Numbered from the stretch's first letter, positions 56,870 to 64,000 are shown. The stretch is DNA of 64,000 nt from Candidatus Nezhaarchaeota archaeon (GCA_030055465.1 JASFYF010000001.1:958581-1022580), one strand, 5' to 3'. Numbers and translations are program-made. The notes: generated by a model not told the origin, from the letters alone.

Positions 56870-57635
56870 TTATGCGCCGACTATCGCGCCCATGGCAAGC
56901 ATCAAGCCAGCGCTTAGAAACACGAACCCTTCGGTTATTTTGATGGCGGCTCCAACAATGGTTAATGGTATCATGGTTGCTAGTGAGGCGTCCATTGTAA
57001 TGTAAACTGAGGCGTTGAACAGATGAATTAAACCTAGCACTAGTGCGTAGCCTCCGCCTAGGCCAATCAAGCCTGTGAAAATGCCGACTACAAATCCAAA
57101 TATTCCTAGACCGAACTTTGAGCTTGAAATGATGTTTACCTTTCCATACATTTTTCTTTTTTGGAAGCTTTCCCATATCATTCGTAGGGCAAGTCATAAG
57201 AAAGCCAAACCGAGGATTAAGTCTAAAATTGAAGTTTGTGCGGTAAGTTGGATGAAAAGCCATGAACCGAGAATTACGCTGGCCAATCCGAAACCGCTAA
57301 GCCAAAGCATAGCCCTTTTATCTACGTTTTTGCGTATCAAGTGGCCATATCCTCCAGAAACAGCAGTGAAGACAACGGCGAAAAGAATTTGTGCCTATTG
57401 CTGTTGGCGCAGGAAAACCTAACCACAGATGTGGTATAGGCAGCATTATGCTACAACCTCCGTACCGATAATTCGCCAATTAAGCCAGCTACAAGTCCAA
57501 CTATCACAAGCAAAACTCCATTAAGAAAGTTTATGAATGGCAACCCATCTTTCGCGCCAAACCCTACGTGAGGGAACAAAACGCTAGCCCGATCATAACG
57601 ATTAATAGAACAAATACCGGAGCATAACTTTTCAT
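56870..57635 (-). pseudogene. TauE/SafE (DUF81) permease pseudogene
   Basis: Hand translation of the minus strand gives TauE-like segments in three frames (MKSYAPVFVLLIVMIGLAF..; VGFGAKDGLPFINFLNGVLLVIVGLVAGLIG; YGGCSIMLPIPHLWLGFPAPTAIGTNSF; ILFAVVFTAVSGGYGHL...; GLIGLGGGYALV...). They are separated by at least two frameshifts and in-frame TAG/TGA stops. Confidence 0.7.
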
Positions 57636-57666
57636 AACCGCTTTAACTCTCAACTGTTATAACCTC

Positions 57667-59517
57667 CTAAGCCCTGACAAATTTTGCGTCAACAATGTTG
57701 GCGAACTCCTCTAAGCCCAATTCTTTAAGTTTTTCAAGCTTAGGCACTCCTTCCTCATTCCATTCTCTAGCCAGGTAGTAGTCTTCCAGCATCATGTTGA
57801 GTTCTTGTTGGCTTATGGATGCGATGTGAGATGGCCCTTTACCTGGTATGGGAACGTTCATAACCTTCCATGGAAGCATGTCATCTCTTCTTCCAAGTCC
57901 TTCGCGTATGTTAAACAGGCGTGTAAGGTTAACTATTCTTTCAGCTGTGAGTCTCATTTCGTCGGATGTTATTTCTAAGCCCGTTACAAGCGAGTACAGC
58001 TTGGCAAAATCGTCATAGCCCGAGTAGGCTTCACCGTAGAACTTGCATAGTATCAGCGAGTCCATCAACGCGTATTGATCCTCCATGTCTTTAACAATTT
58101 TAGCTCTTCCCGCCTCATACTTGATGCGGCTAAGCTTTCCAGCCAATTCCAAAGTTTGGCAGCCATGTGTGGTGTGGTCTCCCCTGAAAGAAACCGCGCA
58201 ACCTAGAGCAGTCGTCTTTAATGTTCTAAGGTCGTAGCCGGTTATTTCAACACCTTTAATATGCAGTGCTAATTTCTCCGAATCTTTGCCAATTTTTTGG
58301 GCTGCAATTTTAACTCCTTCAGATAATATTTCGCCTATTCCCTCTCTTCTACCTATTTTGTGGATTAGCGCTATTAAAGCTTCGTGGCTGCCGAATTTGG
58401 CGTCCACTCCGCCTAAGTCTTCTTTGTTGAGTATGCTTTTTTCGTAGCATTCCATAGCGAATGCGACAGTCACTCCGGTGCTTACTGCATCTATGCCGTA
58501 ATAGTTGCAGAGTCTAACGGCTTCAGTTACAGCGTCGAGGCGGTGTACTCCACAGTTCGGCCCCAAAGCCCATAGGGAGGCATATTCTATTCTGGCTTCA
58601 GCTCCTTTGCATGGTCCATGTGGAACAGCATATATGTGTTCACATCCAATGGGGCAGGAGTTGCAGCTGTTTACCTTTACAGCAAAACGCTTCAGTCCTT
58701 TATTTAAATCTTCAACAGCATCAAAATATACATCATTATAGTTTCGCGTTGGCAATGCTTGTAACATGTTGCACTTGAGAATTTCGTTTGCTGTTCTCAT
58801 GGTTCTATACTTTTCAAAAGCTGGCCCCCTCATTTTTTCATGCAGAGTTTTAACGAATTCCTTAAATCCCTCCAAATCGAGAACACTCACATCGTTTGTC
58901 CCGCGAACTGCTATAGCCTTCAGATTTTTTGAACCTATAACAGCGCCCATTCCAGTTCTAGCTGCAACCCTGGTTTTGTCGCTGATTATGGCGGCTATCC
59001 GCGCCAGCTTTTCTCCGGCAATGCCTATGGAGGCGACGCGAATGCGGTAATCGCCAAGCTCTTCCCTTATTGCGTCCTCTGTTTCAGCTGGAGACTTCCC
59101 CCACAGATGTTCCGCGTTTAATATCTGAATTGAGTCGTCATTTATCCACACGTAAACTGGCCTGTCTGATCGTCCCTTGAATATGACGACATCGTATCCA
59201 GCTCTTTTAAGTTCAGCCCCAAAATGTCCAAGCGCTCTTGCTAAGCCGACGCCGAAGGTTTGTGGAGACTTGGACACAAAAACGTGACCGCCCCCGCCCG
59301 CAGGTGTCATGGTGCCCGCCAACGGTCCAACTGCCAGAATCAGCGGGTTATCAGGATTAAGCGGGTCTACGTTGGATGGACAATGCTTGAACAGGAGGGC
59401 TATTCCAAACCCGTAACCTCCAATATAGCTTTTAGCGAAATCTTCTCTTAACGGCTCAGTATACCACCTACCAGCTGACAAATTTACATGTAGAATCGCT
59501 CCAGCGTAACCTAGCAT
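57667..59517 (-). CDS. aor: aldehyde:ferredoxin oxidoreductase family (tungstopterin) enzyme
   Basis: 616 aa with a typical AOR N-terminus (GYAGAILHVNLS..SYIGGYGFG) and a [4Fe-4S] Cys motif region (NSCNSCPIGCEH). Confidence 0.92.
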   Translation of the reverse strand: MLGYAGAILHVNLSAGRWYTEPLREDFAKSYIGGYGFGIALLFKHCPSNVDPLNPDNPLILAVGPLAGTMTPAGGGGHVFVSKSPQTFGVGLARALGHFGAELKRAGYDVVIFKGRSDRPVYVWINDDSIQILNAEHLWGKSPAETEDAIREELGDYRIRVASIGIAGEKLARIAAIISDKTRVAARTGMGAVIGSKNLKAIAVRGTNDVSVLDLEGFKEFVKTLHEKMRGPAFEKYRTMRTANEILKCNMLQALPTRNYNDVYFDAVEDLNKGLKRFAVKVNSCNSCPIGCEHIYAVPHGPCKGAEARIEYASLWALGPNCGVHRLDAVTEAVRLCNYYGIDAVSTGVTVAFAMECYEKSILNKEDLGGVDAKFGSHEALIALIHKIGRREGIGEILSEGVKIAAQKIGKDSEKLALHIKGVEITGYDLRTLKTTALGCAVSFRGDHTTHGCQTLELAGKLSRIKYEAGRAKIVKDMEDQYALMDSLILCKFYGEAYSGYDDFAKLYSLVTGLEITSDEMRLTAERIVNLTRLFNIREGLGRRDDMLPWKVMNVPIPGKGPSHIASISQQELNMMLEDYYLAREWNEEGVPKLEKLKELGLEEFANIVDAKFVRA

Positions 59518-59675
59518 CGCCCGCGCCTCACAACAAATTTTGGACAGCGAAATGAAAGTAACTTCAAATCAAAGATTGAACAGTAGAGTAATGGCTTTTT
59601 AGGATCATTTAAGCCGCTTGTCCTAACCATGCTTTGACCTTCATTTTCAGGTTAAGTTTTGGATGAAAGAGATTT

Positions 59676-59699
59676 ATAGCAATATTTAAATATTGCTAT
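59676..59699. promoter_or_regulatory. perfect 24-bp palindrome ATAGCAATATTTAAATATTGCTAT; candidate operator overlapping a TATA-like core
   Basis: Perfect dyad (12+12). It ends 27 nt before the ATG at 59727. An extra TTGCTATG half-site lies at 59708-59715. A near-identical copy lies at 61261-61284 before arsR. Confidence 0.55.
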
Positions 59700-59726
59700 G
59701 AAATTCTTGCTATGCTGGTGATGTAA

Positions 59727-59999
59727 ATGAGGGAGGTTAAAGTGGAAATCATTGGTCCAGAGCCTCCATGTGTTCGCTGTCAAACGGTTAAGAAGCTTGT
59801 TGAAACAGTCGCCGTGAAGCTTAAACCATTGGGGATCGATGTGAAAGTTGAAAAGTTAAATATCACTTCTGGAAAAGTTGCTAGAAAATATGGCGTTTTA
59901 TCATCACCTGCACTAGTGATTAACGATGCCGTCAAGATACAGGGCAGAGTTCCAAGCGAGGAGGAAGTTGAAAGTTTAATAAAAGAGGCTGCTAAATAA
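59727..59999 (+). CDS. small thioredoxin-fold protein (CxxC = CVRC)
   Basis: 90 aa with VEIIGPEPPCVRCQ...SPALVINDAVKIQGRVPS. Confidence 0.7.
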   Translation: MREVKVEIIGPEPPCVRCQTVKKLVETVAVKLKPLGIDVKVEKLNITSGKVARKYGVLSSPALVINDAVKIQGRVPSEEEVESLIKEAAK

Positions 60000-60041
60000 A
60001 AAGGGTTAGCTTCAACCATTTACTTTTTTATGAGGTAATTG

Positions 60042-60539
60042 TTATTTTGCCGTGACTTCTATCAATCTTTTGACTGCGCCTACACGAGCCTTTTGCGGCA
60101 GCTGCTTTTTATCGATGAGGCATAAGGCCTTTTCTGGACACCATTGTATGCACTGGGGTCCTCCAAGACATTCGCATGCTCCGCAGAGATCGCAGATTAA
60201 CGCGATTTTGCTTTCAGGATGAATTGAAATCGCTCCGAAGTCGCATGCTTCCACGCACCATCCACAGCCATCGCATAGTTCCTCATCAACCACTATTAAG
60301 CCGTCTTCCCTTTGGATCAAAGCTTCCTTCGGGCAAGCTTTAACGCATGGTGGATCCTCACATTTACGGCATGTTACAGCCATGTTCGTGTGTAAACCTA
60401 ATTTGACGACTTGTATTCTTGCCCTGAGAGGGTTAAAGGTGCCTTCTCTCGCATAACTGCAAGCGTATTCGCAAATGCCGCATCCTGTGCATTTGTTGGG
60501 GTCACATTCTATGATTAGGTTTTGGCCATGCTTAATCAT
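60042..60539 (-). CDS. polyferredoxin-like protein with four [4Fe-4S] binding motifs
   Basis: 165 aa with CTGCGICEYAC, CRKCEDPPCVKACP, CDGCGWCVEAC and CDLCGACE..C..WCP. Confidence 0.8.
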   Translation of the reverse strand: MIKHGQNLIIECDPNKCTGCGICEYACSYAREGTFNPLRARIQVVKLGLHTNMAVTCRKCEDPPCVKACPKEALIQREDGLIVVDEELCDGCGWCVEACDFGAISIHPESKIALICDLCGACECLGGPQCIQWCPEKALCLIDKKQLPQKARVGAVKRLIEVTAK

Positions 60540-60541
60540 TG

Positions 60542-60916
60542 CTAGACTCCTTTGCCTAGGTGTTCTTTAACTGTTTTCTCCACAAGATCCACAGCTTCCT
60601 CTGTAGTCATGTTTCTGACGTCGACGGGAATTAGATCCTTCTCAACGTCTAAGCCTGCTTTGGCGAACGCATCTCGGAAAAGCTTTTTCTGCATTACTGG
60701 AGCGCATCCAGCCACCATGAACTTCCAGCCTTTTTTAAGGAACTCTGCCAGAAACCTTTCACCATCCTCGTCGCATAGCATGGGATGAATCATCGCGTAG
60801 GCGAAAGACTCGCTTTTCCTCAGAATGTTTATGAAGTCCCATATGTCCATCTTTGAAAAGCCTGGACACTTTCCAGTGCATACACAGAATATCAAGCCAA
60901 CTTTGCTTTCGCTCAC
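60542..60916 (-). CDS. Cys-rich redox protein, MvhD/HdrA-N-terminal-like (tentative)
   Basis: 124 aa with IFCVCTGKCPGF ... MVAGCAP. The family assignment is uncertain. Confidence 0.4.
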   Translation of the reverse strand: MSESKVGLIFCVCTGKCPGFSKMDIWDFINILRKSESFAYAMIHPMLCDEDGERFLAEFLKKGWKFMVAGCAPVMQKKLFRDAFAKAGLDVEKDLIPVDVRNMTTEEAVDLVEKTVKEHLGKGV

Positions 60917-60923
60917 CGCTTAA

Positions 60924-61241
60924 TCACCTCCCCTTTCTAATTTCCTCCCGCAGCTTGTTAATCACCTTTGAAACTTCAGTTTTAGATGGAAACGTTAAGG
61001 CTCCTGGAATGGGACAAACTTTTTCGCACGCCGTGCAGAAAACCACACAGTTAAAAGGCCTTTCAACAACTAGTTTCTTCTTCCCATTCTCTTCCACAAC
61101 TTCGAAAACATTGTGTAGGCAAAACTCTTTACATTTAGGGTTTCCGCCGCAAAGATCACATTTCCCATAATCTATAAGCGGATACCAAGGTATCTTGTCC
61201 CTGGGAACCCCCGCATATGTCGCCTTAGACATTTCAAACAT
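60924..61241 (-). CDS. ferredoxin-like Fe-S protein
   Basis: 105 aa with CDLCGGNPKCKEFC and CVVFCTACEKVCP. Confidence 0.6.
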   Translation of the reverse strand: MFEMSKATYAGVPRDKIPWYPLIDYGKCDLCGGNPKCKEFCLHNVFEVVEENGKKKLVVERPFNCVVFCTACEKVCPIPGALTFPSKTEVSKVINKLREEIRKGR

Positions 61242-61260
61242 CGATCGGTAAAAAAAGTTT

Positions 61261-61284
61261 ATAGCAATATTTAAATATTATTAT
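61261..61284. promoter_or_regulatory. second copy of the palindrome (ATAGCAATATTTAAATATTATTAT), matching 22 of 24 positions
   Basis: The 25 nt TTTATAGCAATATTTAAATATT... are identical to the copy at 59673 onward. It ends 29 nt before the ATG at 61314 of arsR, inside the 60-bp divergent intergenic region. Confidence 0.5.
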
Positions 61285-61301
61285 AGAATAATGGTTTAAA
61301 C

Positions 61302-61622
61302 GTGCATTCAGCAATGAAAAACCTGAGGTTTAAGGCTAAAATGTTCAAGGCCCTTTCAGATCCGGTGAGGCTTGAAATTCTAGAATACTTGCGCAGCGGC
61401 GAAAAATGTGTATGCGAAATCGTTCCCCATGTTGGAATTTCTCAGCCTGTTGTTTCTCGGCATCTAGCCATATTGAAGAGGTGTGGGCTTGTAAAAGACA
61501 GACAGAAAGGAAACAGAAGGCTCTATTCTGTAACAAATCCGGCAATATTCAGGGTAATTGACGCTGTAAATGATGAGTTGTTGGATGCACTTGTTAAGCA
61601 TGTTGTTGAACAGATTGCGTGA
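61302..61622 (+). CDS. arsR: ArsR/SmtB-family metalloregulator with a CVC motif
   Basis: FKALSDPVRLEILEYLRSGEKCVCEIVPHVGISQPVVSRHLAILKRCGLV. The likely start is the ATG at 61314. Confidence 0.88.
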   Translation: MHSAMKNLRFKAKMFKALSDPVRLEILEYLRSGEKCVCEIVPHVGISQPVVSRHLAILKRCGLVKDRQKGNRRLYSVTNPAIFRVIDAVNDELLDALVKHVVEQIA

Positions 61623-61633
61623 GGTGGGTGAGA

Positions 61634-61894
61634 ATGGTTGTTAAGGTTGAAACTTTCACGGCTGAACCGCCATGTGCAGGCTGCCTTAAGCTGTTGGAGC
61701 ACGCGGATCTGATTAAGGCGAAATACGGCGATAGAGTGGAAGTGATAAAGCATATTGGACCATGCGAGGAGTTCAGCAAATACGGCTTAACAGTGGTTCC
61801 AGCCATAGTCTTCAACGAGGGCAAAATAAAGATTATGGGCGTATGCCCAAGCCTCCAGACCATTGAGGCCTCACTTAGGGAGATGGGGGTGTAA
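61634..61894 (+). CDS. small thioredoxin-fold protein (CAGC, plus C-terminal GVCPS)
   Basis: MVVKVETFTAEPPCAGC...VPAIVFNEGKIKIMGVCPS. The tracked ORF begins at a GTG at 61619. Confidence 0.7.
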   Translation: MVVKVETFTAEPPCAGCLKLLEHADLIKAKYGDRVEVIKHIGPCEEFSKYGLTVVPAIVFNEGKIKIMGVCPSLQTIEASLREMGV

Positions 61895-61898
61895 AATC

Positions 61899-62156
61899 AT
61901 GCCAGTAAAAGTTGAAGTTTTCACTTCGGAACCGCCATGCTCCGGCGGAAGACTGCTCCTCAAACTCATAGAGAAAATCAGAGAAGAGTATAAGGATAAG
62001 ATTGAAGTTGAAATCTACCGTGGAATGAACCCCAAACTAAGCGAGTATGGCATAGCGGCAAGCCCAGCCGTAGTCATCGACAAGGACATACGCATAGTGG
62101 GCGTTTGCCCAAGCGAAGAAACATTCAAAGAAGCCCTAAGGGAGGCTGGCGTATAA
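61899..62156 (+). CDS. small thioredoxin-fold protein, monothiol variant (CSGG, plus GVCPS)
   Basis: MPVKVEVFTSEPPCSGG...SPAVVIDKDIRIVGVCPS. The ATG at 61899 lies inside the longer tracked ORF. Confidence 0.7.
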   Translation: MPVKVEVFTSEPPCSGGRLLLKLIEKIREEYKDKIEVEIYRGMNPKLSEYGIAASPAVVIDKDIRIVGVCPSEETFKEALREAGV

Positions 62157-62510
62157 ATGGATGTTGAAGAGATTCTGAAGAAAATGGAGGAAGTGATCGG
62201 GGAAAAGCCGAAACCACAAGTGCTATTCGCTAAGGTCTATCCAGAATGGTTAGAGAGGCAGATGAACGAGAGAAAATTTGTTATGAGTTTGCCCAGCATA
62301 CCTGAAAAATATAAGCATTTAATTATGGTTGCAGCTGCAGCGGCTTATGGAAGCGAAACCTGCACTGAAATGTTTGCAAAAATAGCTAAAAGAAGCGGGG
62401 TTAGCGACAGAGAAATCGCCGAAGCATTACTCATCGCCAGGTTCGCAGTTGCGTCAACAATATTTGCAACCGCCACTCCAGCGCTTGAATTTTTAACAGG
62501 CGAGAAGTGA
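62157..62510 (+). CDS. carboxymuconolactone decarboxylase / AhpD-like family protein
   Basis: 117 aa, all-helical, with a LIMVAAAAAYGSETCTEMF pattern. The assignment is tentative. Confidence 0.55.
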   Translation: MDVEEILKKMEEVIGEKPKPQVLFAKVYPEWLERQMNERKFVMSLPSIPEKYKHLIMVAAAAAYGSETCTEMFAKIAKRSGVSDREIAEALLIARFAVASTIFATATPALEFLTGEK

Positions 62511-62938
62511 TGCAAGCACCAAAGAAATTAGCCGACGAGTATAAAGACGCTGCAACACCTAAGATTCTTCCACTTTGCCATAAGGTTGCCGAGCATGAAA
62601 ATGTCGTTTGGGTTTGCGACGGAGCAGCCAACGTTGGCCAAATAGGGCATGCGGTAGGCGTTCTGCTTACAAACATGGATAAGGCTAGAATGTGCTGCAC
62701 AACCGCTGTTGCGGCAGGCTCAAAGCCGCACTTGGAAATTGCAGAAAAAGCAAAAATGAACATTGTCATAAACGGGTGTGGCAACCGCTGTGCCTCAAAA
62801 GTCCTGGAGAAAGCTGGGAAAAGAATCGACTACGAAATTGACATATCCAAATACCTGCAAAAAGTACCCACACTTGACATCTACGAGGCAGATGTCAAGA
62901 AAATAGCCAAAATAATAATCGACGAAGCAAAAATATAG
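62507..62938 (+). CDS. DGC-domain (putative zinc-binding) protein
   Basis: 143 aa with VCDGAANVGQ, MCCTTAVAAG and VINGCGNRCASK motifs, resembling the DGC domain. Confidence 0.6.
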   Translation: MMQAPKKLADEYKDAATPKILPLCHKVAEHENVVWVCDGAANVGQIGHAVGVLLTNMDKARMCCTTAVAAGSKPHLEIAEKAKMNIVINGCGNRCASKVLEKAGKRIDYEIDISKYLQKVPTLDIYEADVKKIAKIIIDEAKI

Positions 62939-62968
62939 CAAGCCAAAATGATTTAGAGGCCTAAAGAA

Positions 62969-63709
62969 ATGGAAAATAAAGTCGTTAGCCTAAAAATCGA
63001 GCAGATTCTAGGATTAGAATCGCCGCTGATAGCTGTTAAAATAGTTAAAACAGAGGAGCAAAAACCAAACATAAAGTCTCCACCACAGAAATCCAGATAT
63101 TGTCAACTTCTCATGCTTGCTAGACGAGGGCAAACACTAATGTTGACTGCTGAGGATTTAGCCTGTCCAGCGGCTAAATCAGCCTTGGGTTTTGCGCCTT
63201 TGCCAGAGAAGATCGCAAGTGGAGAAATGCTTTGTTCCTTGGGACTTTACATGGCCAAGGAAGCTGCTGCAAAAACGATGAGCATGATACCTCGAATAAA
63301 ACTTGGGGAGGCAAAGGCAGTAGTCGCCGGCCCATTAAAAGATTTTATTTTAACGCCGGGCGTCGTTGTTGTTGAAGGGCTTCCTGAACAGGTAATGTGG
63401 CTTTGCCTAGCCAGAAACTTCAAAGAAGGGGGGCGCCTCCATTTCAGCTCCTCCATTTTCCAATGCTGCTGCGTAGACGTGACAGTGGTTCCCTATATTA
63501 CAGGCGAGGTTAACATAAGCCCTGGCTGTTATGGATGCCGCGAAGCCACAGACACACCGCCCGAACACATGTTCATGGGAATTCCAGCAAAACTCCTTCC
63601 AGAAATTGTTGAATCCCTCGAATACTTATCAAAAAAGGCTATGCCAGCTGTCAGAGAAAAGCGCGTTTATAAGGCGTATAGGACGGCTGTTGAAGGTAAG
63701 CCATTATGA
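62969..63709 (+). CDS. DUF169-family protein
   Basis: 246 aa with LGLESPLIAVKIV...YCQLLMLARRGQTLMLTAEDLACPAAKSALGF, resembling DUF169 (COG2043). Confidence 0.6.
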   Translation: MENKVVSLKIEQILGLESPLIAVKIVKTEEQKPNIKSPPQKSRYCQLLMLARRGQTLMLTAEDLACPAAKSALGFAPLPEKIASGEMLCSLGLYMAKEAAAKTMSMIPRIKLGEAKAVVAGPLKDFILTPGVVVVEGLPEQVMWLCLARNFKEGGRLHFSSSIFQCCCVDVTVVPYITGEVNISPGCYGCREATDTPPEHMFMGIPAKLLPEIVESLEYLSKKAMPAVREKRVYKAYRTAVEGKPL

Positions 63710-64000
63710 GTGAGGATTTAGCCGAACTCCTTTTTGCGGATGTTATTGTGAGAAAGATCGAGATTAAGGAGATTTCGCCTTGTACGGCTGACCCTGAAAG
63801 GATTAAGTTTTTGGCTCAGGCTGACAAGCCCCTAGAAGATGTTTTGCCAATTCTCTATTTGGCTATTCCAAACGCTAAATACTCTGAAAAGCTCGGCGCA
63901 TTAAGCTACATGCACCAACAGCATTTGATAACAATTTTCGCCAACGGCAGAATCAGCATGACCTATGTCAAGGACAGAAATGAGGCAAATCAACTTGTCG
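63706..64000 (+). CDS. hypothetical protein, N-terminal 98 aa (continues beyond window)
   Basis: The ATG overlaps the DUF169 stop (ATGA). The frame stays open to the window end (MSEDLAELLFADVIVRKIEIKEISPCTADPERIKFL...). It is not in the supplied ORF track. Confidence 0.4.
   Translation, partial: MSEDLAELLFADVIVRKIEIKEISPCTADPERIKFLAQADKPLEDVLPILYLAIPNAKYSEKLGALSYMHQQHLITIFANGRISMTYVKDRNEANQLV

Noticed and set aside
1-64000. CRISPR arrays, rRNA genes and large tandem or inverted repeats.
   Set aside because: My read-through found no regularly spaced direct repeats and no rRNA-like segments. The only repeated non-coding element I noticed is the ~25-nt promoter palindrome at 59673 and 61258.
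52110-64000. An attR direct repeat of the tRNA-Leu(CAA) 3' end that would delimit the island.
   Set aside because: I searched by eye for GGTTCGAATCCCACCCCCCGCA and sub-strings of 10 nt or more and found none downstream. The only similar sequence is the paralogous tRNA-Leu(CAG) at 14148-14172.

Overview
This is an archaeal chromosomal window with no rRNA genes and no CRISPR array. (1) Positions 1-16.5 kb are a methyl-coenzyme M reductase (MCR) neighbourhood. It holds mcrG (partial) and mcrA, a divergent A2-like double ABC ATPase, a short mcrD, a B12-binding radical SAM enzyme, and two small uncharacterised genes translationally coupled to mmp5 and mmp15. It also holds mmp7, a canonical atwA (component A2) and ycaO-tfuA, the McrA thioglycine machinery. 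(2) Positions 16.5-52 kb are housekeeping genes: glnA, two MinD/ferredoxin ATPases, G1P dehydrogenase, proteasome beta, aCPSF1, LSm, L37e, orc1/cdc6, PhoU, a phosphohexomutase, hypC/hypD, purSLQ and a sulfur-trafficking block (LarE-like protein, cysteine desulfurase, CBS-HTH protein, SepCysS, ThiI, TrxB). Five tRNA genes are present and three carry anticodon-loop introns. hypD is otherwise intact but is interrupted by a 22-nt hairpin insert flanked by ACAC repeats. A ~1.15 kb stretch (35.4-36.6 kb) has no credible ORF. (3) The region from 52.1 kb to the window end starts at an intron-containing tRNA-Leu(CAA). An RHH protein, a tyrosine integrase and an aRelB/RelE pair follow. After that comes visibly lower-GC cargo: an ArsP-like permease, an ArsD-like protein, an unannotated Zn-ribbon/CC-tail small ORF, PadR, two decayed genes, tungsten-type AOR and Fe-S proteins. 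The cargo ends with an ArsR-headed operon of thioredoxin-fold, AhpD-like, DGC and DUF169 proteins. A 24-bp perfect palindrome sits at one promoter in this cargo and a near-identical copy sits at the arsR promoter. All calls rest on reading the ORF translations and the DNA by eye. No database search was run.
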